Source: Eledone cirrhosa | Taxonomy: Eukaryota | Length of the DNA stretch: 64,000 nucleotides | Direction of reading: 5' to 3' | Assembly: GCA_964016885.1 (NCBI GenBank) | Contig: OZ024747.1 | Span: forward strand, 48,112,001 to 48,176,000 | In this document: one piece after another, positions 1 to 15,639 of the stretch | Layout of the letters: the number at the start of each line of letters is the position of its first letter | Position numbering within the stretch: the stretch's first letter is position 1 | Translations under genes and position numbers: made by a program | Notes under the pieces: model-generated | Told to the model about the DNA's origin: nothing | The model's database searches: none | What the model saw: only the letters and a program-made list of their open reading frames with translations

Positions 1-3
1 TAC

Positions 4-48
<45 letters not shown>

Positions 49-67
49 TACACATACATATATATAT

Positions 68-112
<45 letters not shown>

Positions 113-159
113 CATATATATATATACATATATATATATACATATATACATATATATAT

Positions 160-208
<49 letters not shown>

Positions 209-268
209 TACACATACATATATATATATATATATATACATATATATATACATATATACACATACATA

Positions 269-302
<34 letters not shown>

Positions 303-313
303 CATATATACAC

Positions 314-344
<31 letters not shown>

Positions 345-351
345 CATATAT

Positions 352-396
<45 letters not shown>

Positions 397-426
397 CATA
401 TATATATATACATATATACACATATA

Positions 427-460
<34 letters not shown>

Positions 461-468
461 CATATATA

Positions 469-512
<44 letters not shown>

Positions 513-519
513 CATATAT

Positions 520-564
<45 letters not shown>

Positions 565-572
565 CATATATA

Positions 573-603
<31 letters not shown>

Positions 604-605
604 AC

Positions 606-692
<87 letters not shown>

Positions 693-779
693 CATATATA
701 TATATATATACATATATACATATATATATATACATATATATATACATATATACATATATATATATACATATATATATAT

Positions 780-810
<31 letters not shown>

Positions 811-844
811 TATCGATATATATATATATATCGATAGTCGATAG

Positions 845-1388
845 ATGTATAACAAAGTGCAGGGCAATAAAGATAGACGGTAGCCACGGAATAGGCAGAC
901 CTAGAAAAACATGGGATGAGCTGATAAACTCCGACCTCACACACTTACACCTCCCCAAGACAATGTCACTGGACCGAGACCTTTGGCGGTACTCAGTAAC
1001 AGAGAAGACCCGCCTTGCCAGTAGGCATCTCTAACAAAATACACCCCGTCCCGCCACCACCCCCACCCCATCCACACCACCCCGTTCTATGTAAAGTTAT
1101 GTTGGTGCTGCGCCATCCAGGCCGAAACAAATGAGATCGTGTAGGTGTCACGACAAAAAAACACACAGTCCACGCTGTAATGTGGCCGTGTAGGCAACAC
1201 GGTAAAAACCTCCCAGACCCACACTGTAAATGTGGTTGGTGTTAGGAAGGGCATCCAACTGTAGAAAACCTGCCAGACAGTCCTATGCGAGCAAGACAAT
1301 CACTCTTGCCTCAAGTGGGACTACCCCCGTCCAAACCCATGCAAGCGTGGAACACGGACGTTAAACGTTGATGATGATGATGATGATG
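845..1388 (+). mobile_element. Composite RTE-derived repeat: RTE ORF C-terminus + GGAAGGGCATCC body + (GAT)n tail
   Basis: 845-1020 translates [34 protein letters not shown] (RTE C-terminus). It is followed by GTTGGTGTTAGGAAGGGCATCC, CCCATGCAAGCGTGGAA and GACGTTAAACG(TGA)n. The same layout recurs at 35925-36880 on the - strand. Confidence 0.8.
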
Positions 1389-1513
1389 ATATACATACAT
1401 ATATACATATACATATATATATATATACATACATATATACATATATATACATATATACATATATATATATACATACATATATACATATATATACATATAT
1501 ACATATATATACA

Positions 1514-1591
<78 letters not shown>

Positions 1592-2083
1592 CATATATAT
1601 ATATACATATATATATATACATATATATATATATACATATACATATACATATATACATATACATATACATATATACATATACATATATATATATATATAC
1701 ATATATATATACATATACATATATATATATACAAAACTCTGTATTCCGTTTATCTTTCACCGAAAGTGATTTTTGAATGCATCTCTTCTTTTCATGATAT
1801 CCGGATTACATTGAGTTCTTCATACGGATTGGACACTACCGTAAACTTTTGGTAGATTTATCTACATATATATATATACATACATATACACATATATATA
1901 TATACATACATATACACATATATATATATACATACATATACAGGTATATATACATACATATATATATATATACATACATATATACATATATATCCCCACT
2001 CTCAAGAGTGTGAAATTAATAAACATTTGTTTGTACTGCCTCTCTGTTTTGTTCCCGTTCAATTTTTCATTATATATATATAT

Positions 2084-2675
2084 GGTGTCTGCCAACTCGT
2101 TTTCGAGTACGGCCACTACTTTATATCCATGTAGGAGAACCCCTACCAATGCGCTGAACGAGTGTGACTTTTTAGTCCAGCCAGCGACCTGAAATCTCTG
2201 GTACAAACACTACACCTGTGACAATTATTAACACATAGTGCTGGGCCCACGGTACCATGTGACGACAAGTGCAGAGAGATCAGAGATCTCCATATATAAA
2301 GCAATGCCTGTGCCGTGAAGCTTTTATAGTGAGCAAAGGCACTGCACAAAGTCAGTCCCACTCTCTTAACCAAGATAATATTTACCAAAAAGAAGAACAA
2401 GTCAACATCATTGGATACCATCAGGGTTGCAGGTGTTATATCAGAGTTTTCCTTCTCCTAGAATTCTGCCTTGACAAAGGCTAAGGGGTCATCTCTCCCG
2501 GTGATTTTGGATGGCCATTGACTCTTACGAGCTCCTTTGCCCTTTGACAGGTTTTGTTTTTAGTCCTGCAGGATGTCGAAAGTCACCCTCCTCACCAAGA
2601 AACCTTGGTGGGGTTGCCAGTTTAGTCGCCAACGACCCGACCATGGGACAGGTTGTACTGGGATACATGTTACCA
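2084..2675 (-). mobile_element. Non-autonomous bipartite RTE derivative (element A), copy 1
   Basis: Near-identical to 8808-9255, 12510-13099 and 32655-33263. The 3' part encodes [22 protein letters not shown], like the last RTE zinc finger, and the 5' part resembles the RTE 5' UTR at 25180-25410. Flanked by TA repeats. Confidence 0.85.
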
Positions 2676-2748
2676 TATGTATATATGTATGTATATATGT
2701 ATGTATATATATATATACATACATATATACATACATATATACATATAT

Positions 2749-2895
2749 GATGGCTGCCCCCTCGTTATCGAGTATGGCCATTGCACAAGAAAAAAATAAA
2801 ATAAAAAATAAAATAAAATAAAATAAAATAAAATAAAATAAAATAAAATAAAATAAAATAAAAAAAATAATAATAATAATAAATAAATTTAAAAA

Positions 2896-2944
<49 letters not shown>

Positions 2945-5344
2945 CATATATACATACACACATACATACACTCGCACATATATACACACATACATTAATA
3001 ACAATAATAATAATAATAATAATAATAAACGACAACAACAATAATATACATATTCATATATATATACACACACACGCACGCACATAAGCATATCTACACA
3101 CACACACACACGATAGCAACTAACAGTGCTGCGATCGAATGTGGCTTTTTAGCCCAGCCAATGATCTAAAATGTCTTGCACAGAGTCGGCAACCAAAACA
3201 TTCACTGGGAATAGTCGGCTGTGGTTGGAGTTCGTGTACTTTTGCATGTCGCTTGAGCCCTCCTGCTGATTTACATTCTCTACCACATGTTTGGCAAGCA
3301 TGATGAGTAGCATCTCCAACAGCAGCCTGGTAGTCAACCACTGGTCTTACTTTATGACTGCGAAGATGACTTTCGAGTCCAGCTTTGCTTAGGCAGAGTC
3401 TCGCACAGACGCTGCATGTCAGAACCATAGGAGGACCCTCGCCGTCTGGAAGTGCAACAGCAATGCCCTTCCTCACGTACCGCTTTACTTTCTCGTGTGC
3501 GATTCGAGATGCCTCAAAGGCAACTTTTCCCTCATATACAGTCTTTCTCCACTTATTACGATCAGCAGCAATATTTTCCCATGTATCAGCAGAGATGTTA
3601 GCGTCTTTCAGAGAGGCTTTCAAGGAATCCTTATACCTCTTTTTTGGTTTATGTGGCGGTCGTTTTCTTTTAACCAACTCTCCATAGAAGAGTTGTTTTG
3701 GTATTCTAGAATCCTTCATCCTGGCAAGGTGACCACTCCAACGGAGTCGTTGCTTAAGCACAAGAGCTTCTATACTGTCACACATAGAGCTTTCCAAAAT
3801 CTCGACATCACTGATGTGGTCCCTCCAGTGAACGCCATTGATCCGTCTGAGACACATCTGATGGAAACGCTCCAATTGCTTAAGGTGGCGTCGATATGTG
3901 ACCCAGGTCTCGCAGGCATAAAGAAGACAAGAGAGTACACATGCCCTGTACACCTTTACCTTTGTCCTCCTGCATATGTCTCGCCGACCCCAGAGTCGCC
4001 TTTCTAGCTTTCCGAAAGCATCACTTGCTTTCCTAATCCTAAGTGAGATTTCACCGTCAAGTTTGCCGTATCGATTGACAGTGCTTCCCAGGTAGACAAA
4101 CTGATCAACCACTCCGAGTCGTTTGCCATACACATAGATGTTTGGTTCAGTGTACTGCTTACTAGGGGCAGGTTGGTACATGACGACGGTTTTCTTGAGA
4201 CTGACAGTCAAACCCAGGGCAGTGCAAGCGTCAGAAAATACATTCAAAATGTGCTGCATATCACTCTCTGTGTGCGCTACAAGATCGCAATCATCTGCAT
4301 ACAAGAGGTCTCTTATGACTGATGTAAATACTTTTGTCTTCGCAGCAAAGCGCCTGATGTTAAATATGCTGCCTGAGGTTCGATATCGGATGTAAACACC
4401 ATGCTCGCAATTCCTGAATGCAATACAGAAAACCATTGCAAAGTATATGGCAAACAGGGTCGGTGCTGGAATATCCCCCTGTTTCACTCCATTTTTTACT
4501 GAGATAGGCTCCGACATGTTACCTCCGACATTAACCCAAGCCTTCATGTCGTCATGGAAAGACCTAACTAAAGCAAGGAACTTATCAGGGCAACCAAGTT
4601 TCTGGAGAACCTTCCATAATGCATCTCTGTTGACAGTATTGAAAGCCTTTGTCAGATCGACAAAAACCTGATACAGATCCAAGCCCTGTTCAATGCACTT
4701 CTCCTGGAGCTGTCTAGCTGAGAAGATCATATCAGTAGTGCCGCGTCCAGCACGAAAACCAGATTGACTTTCAGGAAGGACACAATCTGCAATGTGTGTC
4801 AGCAGACGGTCCAGAAGCACCCTACATAAAACTTTCCCTACGACAGAAAGCAATGATATACCTCTGTAGTTCCCACAATCATTCCTGTTACCCTTTCCCT
4901 TGTACAAGACCACCATTACTGCATCTCTCCAGTCCTCAGGCACGGATTCATTAGCCCATATCCCTCCAAACAGAGAGTGAAGATGTTGCAGGAGTCTCTC
5001 ACCACCATATTGTAGGAGCTCAGCATGTATGCCATCCATACCTGGAGATCTTCCACTGTTCAGCTTCGAAATAGCCACTGCAACCTCCACAAGCGTCGGA
5101 GGTTCTGCGAGAGCTACTTTCACAGGACTTTCCGGAATGAGATTGAGGAAATCTTCACTGACGACAGACGGCTGATTCAAAAGATCATCAAAGTGCTCTC
5201 GCCACCTTCGTAGAATTCCCTGTGAGTCACGAAGAAGTTCTTTGCCATCCTTGCTGCGAATCGGTGTCACCAGAGAAGAAGACGGTCCATAAACCTCACG
5301 CAAGAGACTGTACAACAGCTTTGTGTTGTACAACAGCTTTGTGT
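2749..5344 (-). mobile_element. 5'-truncated RTE-clade LINE with C-terminal C2H2 fingers, copy 1
   Basis: Nearly identical to 21555-23760. The 3' UTR contains microsatellites and ends GGCCATACTCGATAACGAGGGGGCAGCCATC. Confidence 0.95.
3120..5333 (-). pseudogene. RTE reverse transcriptase + 3x C2H2 zinc finger, lacking the endonuclease (737-aa open frame)
   Basis: Motifs NYRGISLLS, QSGFR, FVDLTKAFN (D>N relative to copy 2), GVKQG, LLYADD, FVYLGS, LRWSGH; three CxxC..HxxxH fingers. Confidence 0.92.
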
Positions 5345-5727
5345 ATGAGGGAGCTTATAGATAGGACAACACACGCTGTCTTTTCGTGGGGTAAGTTTTT
5401 AATTAATTTTTGTATTCTGAAACATCAAAATACAACAATTTTTTGGTCACTGGACTCGGGAATGTCACGACAGAAGTTTGTGGAAGTTACACAAATATTT
5501 TAGTATATTTTAGCAGAGCAATCCTTATTTATATTTTATATACATATATATATACATATATACATACATATATACATACATATATATATACATACATATA
5601 TACATACTTATATACATACATATATACATACTTATATACATATATATACATACATATATACATATATATATACATACATATATACATACATATATACATA
5701 CTTATATACATACTTATATACATATAT

Positions 5728-5758
<31 letters not shown>

Positions 5759-5845
5759 CATACATACATACATATATATATACATACATATATATATATA
5801 TACATACATATATATATATACATACATATATATATATATACATAC

Positions 5846-5880
<35 letters not shown>

Positions 5881-5890
5881 CATACATATA

Positions 5891-5954
<64 letters not shown>

Positions 5955-5955
5955 C

Positions 5956-5990
<35 letters not shown>

Positions 5991-6073
5991 CATATATACA
6001 CATACATACATATATATACATACATATATACATACATACATATATACATATATATACATACATACATATATAC

Positions 6074-6106
<33 letters not shown>

Positions 6107-6476
6107 CATACATACATATATACATATATATACATACATATGTACATATATATACATACATATGTACATATATAAACATACATACATATATATATATACA
6201 TACATATATATATACATACATATATATATACATACATATATACATATATACATATATACATACATACATACATATATATATACATACATACATATATATA
6301 TACATACATATATATATATATATACATACATATATACATATATATATACATACATATATACATATATATATATACATATATATATACATACATATATACA
6401 TATATATATACATACATATATACATATATATATACATACATATATACATATATATATACATATATACATATATATA

Positions 6477-6514
<38 letters not shown>

Positions 6515-6548
6515 CATATATATATACATACATATATACATATATATA

Positions 6549-6582
<34 letters not shown>

Positions 6583-6594
6583 TACATATATATA

Positions 6595-6643
<49 letters not shown>

Positions 6644-7409
6644 ATATATATATACATATATATATATATATACATACATATAAATATATATATACATATA
6701 TATACATATTATATATATACATATTATATATATACATACTATATATATACATACATATATACATACATACATATATATATACATACATATATATATACAT
6801 ACATATATATATATACATACATACATATATATATATATATACATACATATATATATATACATACATATAAATATATATATATATATATATATACATACAT
6901 ACATATACATACATACATATACATACATACATACATACATATATATATACATACATACATATATATACATACATACATACATACATATATATACATACAT
7001 ACATATATACATACATATATATATACATACATACATACATATATATATATACATACATCTATACATATATATACATACATACATACATATATACATATAT
7101 ATACATACATACATATATACATATATATACATACATACATATATATACATACATACATATGTACATATATATACATACATATGTACATATATATACATAC
7201 ATACATTTATACATATATATACATACATACATTTATACATATATATACATACATATATACATATATATATATACATACATACATACATATATACATATAC
7301 ATACATACATATATACATATACATACATATACATATACATACATACATATATACATATACATACATACATATATACAGACATATATATATACATACATAT
7401 ATATATACA

Positions 7410-7450
<41 letters not shown>

Positions 7451-8143
7451 ACATACATACATATATATACATCCATACATATATATACACATACATACAT
7501 ATACATACATACATATACATACATACATATATATATATATACATACATATATATATATATAAATTACATATATATATATATACATAAATATATATATACA
7601 TACAAACAAATATATATATACATACATACATAAATATATATATATATATACATACATAAATTTATATATACATACATACATAAATATATATATACATACA
7701 TACATAAATATATATATATATATACATACATAAATTTATATATACATACATACATAAATATATATATACATACATACATAAATATATATATACATCCATA
7801 CATAAATATATATACATACATACATACATAAATATATATATACATACATACATAAATATATATATACATACATAAATATATATATACATACATACATAAA
7901 TATATATATACATACATACATAAATATATATATACATACATACATAAATATATATATATACATACATAAATATATATATATACATACATAAATATATATA
8001 TACATACATAAATATATATATACATACATACATAAATATATATATACATACATACATAAATATATATATACATACATACATAAATATATATATACATACA
8101 TACATAAATATATATATACATACATATATATATATATACATAT

Positions 8144-8174
<31 letters not shown>

Positions 8175-8228
8175 CATATATATATACATACATATATATA
8201 TATATATACATATATATATACATACATA

Positions 8229-8270
<42 letters not shown>

Positions 8271-8539
8271 CATACATAAATATATATATATACATACATA
8301 AATATATATATACATACATAAATATATATATACATACATAAATATATATATACATACATAAATATATATATACATACATATATATATATATATGTACATA
8401 CATATATACATATATATGTATATACATAAATACATATATATACATACACATAAATACATATATATATACATACACATAAATACATATATATACATACATA
8501 CATATATATATATATACATACATACATACATATATATAC

Positions 8540-8578
<39 letters not shown>

Positions 8579-8615
8579 CATACATATATATACATACATA
8601 CATACATATATATAC

Positions 8616-8654
<39 letters not shown>

Positions 8655-8807
8655 CATATATATACATACATACATACATATATATATACATATACATACA
8701 TACATACATATATACATACATACATATATACATATACATACATATATATAAACATACATACATATATATATACATACATATATATAAACATACATACATA
8801 TATATAT

Positions 8808-9255
8808 GGTGGCTGCCAACTCGTTTTCGAGTACGGCCACTACTTTATATCCATGTAGGAGAACCCCTACCGATGCGCTGAACGAGTGCGACTTTTTAGT
8901 GCAGCCAGCGACTTGAATACTCTGGTACAAACACTACGCTTGTGACAATTATTCACATATAGTGCTGGGCCCATGGTACCATGTGACGACAAGTGCAGAG
9001 AGATCTCCAGATATAAAGCAATGCCTGTGCCGTGAAGCTTTTATAGTGAGCAAAGGCACTGCACAAAGTCAGTCCCACTCTCTTAACCAAGAGGATATTT
9101 ACCAAAAAGAAGAACAAGTCAACATCATTGGATACCATCAGGGTTGCAGGTGTTATATCAGAGTTTTCCTTCTCCTAGAATTCTGCCTTGACAAAGGCTA
9201 AGGGGTCATCTCTCCCGGTGATTTTGGATGGCCATTGACTCTTACGAGCTCCTTT
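8808..9255 (-). mobile_element. Element A copy 2 (most 5'-truncated)
   Basis: Matches 2084-2538; TA/TACA repeats on both flanks. Confidence 0.85.
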
Positions 9256-9505
9256 ATACATATATACACATACATATATACATATATATACACATACATA
9301 TATATATATACACATACATATATATATATACATACATATATATATATATATACACATACATATATATATATACATACATATATATATATATATACACATA
9401 CATATATATATATATATACATACATAAATATATATATACACATACATATATATATATATACACATACATATATATATACACATACATATATATATATACA
9501 CATAC

Positions 9506-9540
<35 letters not shown>

Positions 9541-9669
9541 CATACATATATATATACACATACATATATATATATATATACATACATATATATATATATA
9601 CACATACATATATATATATATACATACATACATATATATATACACATACATATATATATATACACATAC

Positions 9670-9764
<95 letters not shown>

Positions 9765-9961
9765 CATACATATATATATATATACATACATATATATATA
9801 TATACATATACATATATATATATATACATATACATATATATATATACATATACATATATATATATATACATATACATATATATATATACATATACATATA
9901 TATATATATACATATACATATATATATATACATATATATATATATACATACATATATACAT

Positions 9962-9998
<37 letters not shown>

Positions 9999-10093
9999 TA
10001 CATACACATAGATATATATATATATATGTATGTATATATATGTATATATACATATATATATATATACATATATATATACATATATATACATAC

Positions 10094-10126
<33 letters not shown>

Positions 10127-10293
10127 CATATATATATATACATATATATACATACATATATATATATACATATATATACATACATATATATATATATATA
10201 CATATATATATACATATATATATATACATACATACATATATATATATATACATACATATATATATATATACATACATATATATATATATATAC

Positions 10294-10325
<32 letters not shown>

Positions 10326-10337
10326 ATATACACATAC

Positions 10338-10384
<47 letters not shown>

Positions 10385-10535
10385 CATACATATATATATA
10401 TATACATACATATATATATATATACATACATATATATATATACATACATATATATATATACATACATATATATATATACATACATACATATATATATACA
10501 TACATACATATATATATACATACATATATATATAC

Positions 10536-10568
<33 letters not shown>

Positions 10569-10589
10569 CATACATACATATATATATAT

Positions 10590-10632
<43 letters not shown>

Positions 10633-10753
10633 CATATATATATATATACATACATATATATATATATATATATACATACATATATATATATATATACATA
10701 CATATATACATACATACATACATATATACATACATATATACATACATACATAT

Positions 10754-10784
<31 letters not shown>

Positions 10785-11164
10785 CATACATATATACATA
10801 CACATACATATATACATACACATAGATATATATATACATATATATATATATACATATATATATACATACATATATATATACATACATATATATATATATA
10901 TACATATATATATACATACATATATATATATATATACATATATATATACATACATATATATATATATATACATATATATATACATACATATATATATATA
11001 TATACATATATATATACATATATATATATATACATATATATATACATATATATATATATACATATATATATACATACATATATATATATATATACATATA
11101 TATATACATACATATATATATATATATACATATATATATACATATATATACATATATATATACA

Positions 11165-11204
<40 letters not shown>

Positions 11205-11353
11205 CATACATATATATACATATACATATATATATATATATACATACATATATATATATATATATACATATATATATACATACATATATATATACATACA
11301 TATATATATATATACATATATATATACATACATATATATATATATATACATTC

Positions 11354-11384
<31 letters not shown>

Positions 11385-11636
11385 CACATACATATATATA
11401 TACATACATATATATATACATACATACATATATATATACATACATATATATATATATACACATACATATATATATACATACATATATATATACATACATA
11501 TATATATACATACATATATATATACATACATATATATATACATACATATATATATATACATACATATATATATACATACATATATATACACATACATATA
11601 TATATATACATACATATATATATATATATACATACA

Positions 11637-11718
<82 letters not shown>

Positions 11719-11720
11719 CA

Positions 11721-11752
<32 letters not shown>

Positions 11753-11765
11753 CATATATATATAC

Positions 11766-11804
<39 letters not shown>

Positions 11805-12021
11805 CATACATATACATACATACATATATATATATACATATATATATATATACATATATATATATACATACATATATATATATACATACATATATATATA
11901 TATACATATATATATATACATACATACATATATATATACATACATATATACATACATACATATATATATATACATACATATATATATATACATACATATA
12001 TACATACATACATATATATAA

Positions 12022-12052
<31 letters not shown>

Positions 12053-12199
12053 CATACATACATATATATATACATACATACATATATATATACATACATA
12101 CATATATATATACATACATATATATATATACATACATATATATATATATACATACATATATATATATATATATATACATACATATATATATATACATAC

Positions 12200-12263
<64 letters not shown>

Positions 12264-12307
12264 ATATACATATATATATATACATATATATATATACATA
12301 TATATAC

Positions 12308-12338
<31 letters not shown>

Positions 12339-12353
12339 CATATATATATATAC

Positions 12354-12416
<63 letters not shown>

Positions 12417-12477
12417 CATATATATACATATATATACATATATATACATATATATATATATATATACATATATATAC

Positions 12478-12509
<32 letters not shown>

Positions 12510-13099
12510 GGTGGCTGCCAACTCGTTTTCGAGTACGGCCACTACTTTACATCCATGTAGGATAACCCCTACCGAAGCGCTGAACGAGTGTGACTTTTTA
12601 GTCCAGCCAGCGACTTGAAACCTCTGGTACAAACACTACACCTGTGACAATTATTGACACATAGTGCTAGGCCCATGGTAGGACAATTATTGACACATAG
12701 TGCTGGGCCCATGTGAGGACAAGTGCAGAGAGATCTCCAGATATAAAGCAATGCCTGTGCCGTGAAGCTTTTATAGTGAGCAAAGGCACTGCACAAAGCC
12801 AGTCCCACTCTCTTAACCAAGATGCTATTTACCAAAAAGAAGAACAAGTCAACATCATTGGATACCATCAGGGTTGCAGGTGTTATATCAGAGTTTTCCT
12901 TCTCCTAGAATTCTGCCTTGACTAAGGCTAAAGGGGTCATCTCTCCCGGTGATTTTGGATGGCCATTGACTCTTAAGAGCTCCTTTGCCCTTTGACAGGT
13001 TTTGTTTTTAGTCCTGCAGGATGTCCAAAGTCACCCTCCTCACCAAGAAACCTTGGTGGGGTTGCCAGTTTAGTCGCCAACGACCCGACCATGAGACAG
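12510..13099 (-). mobile_element. Element A copy 3, with internal ~36-bp duplication
   Basis: Matches copy 1. GACAATTATTGACACATAGTGCT(A/G)GGCCCATG occurs twice at about 12646-12713. Confidence 0.85.
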
Positions 13100-13117
13100 A
13101 CATATATATATACATAC

Positions 13118-13148
<31 letters not shown>

Positions 13149-13287
13149 CATACATATATATATATACATACATATATATATATACATACATATATATATA
13201 CATACATATATATATATACATACATATATATATACATACATATATATATATACATACATACATACATATATACATACATATATATAT

Positions 13288-13318
<31 letters not shown>

Positions 13319-13326
13319 CATACATA

Positions 13327-13380
<54 letters not shown>

Positions 13381-13402
13381 CATATATATACATACATATA
13401 TA

Positions 13403-14040
13403 TGTTGACACTGTGGAGGACTTTTGTCCTAAGCCGCCTAGACTACTGCTCCCAGCTGTGGTCACCCCATAGTGTCAAACTAACCACAGAGCTTGAGGCA
13501 ATCCAGCGAAGCTACACCAAGAGGATTGCCAAGATGAGGGAGACAAGCTACTGGGAGAGGCTGAAGGAACTGAACCTCTACTCCTTGGAGCGAAGACGGG
13601 AGAGATACGCAGTGATCTACATGTGGAAAATCCTGGAGGGACTAGCACCAAACTTTGGCATTGGGAGCTGGACCAACCGTCGAACAGGACGTCATTGTGT
13701 GGTGCCAAAGGTCCCGTCTTCCACATCTAGAATAAGGAGCAGGTATTGCAATAGCCTGGGATGCAAGGGCCCTCAACTCTTCAACAAGCTGCCGAGGCAT
13801 CTGCGAGACTTGCATGACGTGGAGGTGGATGTCTTTAAGAAACATCTCGACACCTTGTTATCCAGGATCCTGGATGAGCCCACAGCAAGACACGAGGGAA
13901 ACCTAAGGGCAGCAGCAACAAACTCCCTCCTACACCAGTGGCCAACCTATACAGGCTGGAGATAAAATGTGTAGCAACAAGGGCGGTGCCCCAGCATGGC
14001 CTCAGCCGGATGGCTGATACAGGTAAAAGAGTAAAAGAGT
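13403..14040 (+). mobile_element. 3' fragment of CR1/L2-group LINE (family 1)
   Basis: Translates [53 protein letters not shown] (stop at 13965). The 3' UTR has GGCGGTGCCCCAGCATGGCC and a (GTAAAAGA)x2 tail. Confidence 0.85.
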
Positions 14041-14059
14041 ATACATATATATACATACA

Positions 14060-14091
<32 letters not shown>

Positions 14092-14293
14092 CATATATAT
14101 ATATATATACATACATATATATATATATACATACATATATATATACATACATATATATATATATACATACATATATATATACATACATATATATATATAT
14201 ACATACATATATATATACATACATATATATATATATACATACATATATATATACATACATATATATATATATACATATATATATACATACATA

Positions 14294-14325
<32 letters not shown>

Positions 14326-14492
14326 CATATATATATATATACATACATATATATATATATACATACATATATATATACATACATACATATATATATATAT
14401 ATACATACATATATATATACATACATATATATATACATACATATATATATATATACATACATATATATATATATACATACATACATATATAC

Positions 14493-14523
<31 letters not shown>

Positions 14524-14597
14524 CATACATACATATATATATACATACATATATATATACGTACATATATATATACATACATATATATATACATACA

Positions 14598-14629
<32 letters not shown>

Positions 14630-15193
14630 CATATATATATATATACATACATATATATATATATATACATACATATATATATACATACATACATATATAT
14701 ATATATATACATACATATATATATACATACATATATATATACATACATATATATATACATACATACTTACATATATACATACATACATACATACATATAT
14801 ATATATATATACATACATATATATATATATACATACATACATATATACATACATACATACATACATATATACATACATACATACATACATATATATATAC
14901 ATACATACATACATATATATACATACATACATATATATATACATACATACATATATATATACATACATACATACATATATATATATACATACATATATAT
15001 ATATATATACATACATATATATATACATACATACATATATATATATACATATATATATACATACATATATACATACATATATATATACATACATATATAT
15101 ATACATACATATATATATAGACATACATACATATACAGACATACATACATATATTCATACATACATACATACATACATACATACATACATACA

Positions 15194-15227
<34 letters not shown>

Positions 15228-15250
15228 CATACATATATACATACATACAT

Positions 15251-15289
15251 GATGGCTGCCCCCTCGTTATCGAGTATGGCCATTGCACA

Positions 15290-15376
<87 letters not shown>
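15251..15376 (-). mobile_element. 3' terminus of RTE copy 2, separated from its body by the Tx1 insertion
   Basis: GATGGCTGCCCCCTCGTTATCGAGTATGGCCATTGCACAA is identical to the copy-1 terminus at 2749-2788, followed by an A-run and (AAT)n. Confidence 0.9.
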
Positions 15377-15378
<2 letters not shown>

Positions 15379-15639
15379 TTTCTTTATTAACCACAAGGGT
15401 TTACATAAAGTAGACATTAAGGACAGTGCAGGACAATGCAGGACGGTACAAATGGGCATTTCTGCGTGTAAAAAAAACAAAAATAGAGGATGTAACAAAA
15501 ATAACAATGAAAATAACAATGAAAAATTCCCCAATAGGGGGGAGACTTCGGAGGGACATTTGTGGAGAAAGCCCAGTAAAAAGCCACAATGACCCTGACC
15601 ACCAAGGCAAGTGCCCTCTCCCAGTTTTCCACCTTTAGT

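Noticed and set aside
1995-2070. CACTC(TCAA)GAGTG-T-GAAATTAATA as the 3' half of a hammerhead
   Set aside because: CUGANGA core and stem I are absent, so it cannot be supported.
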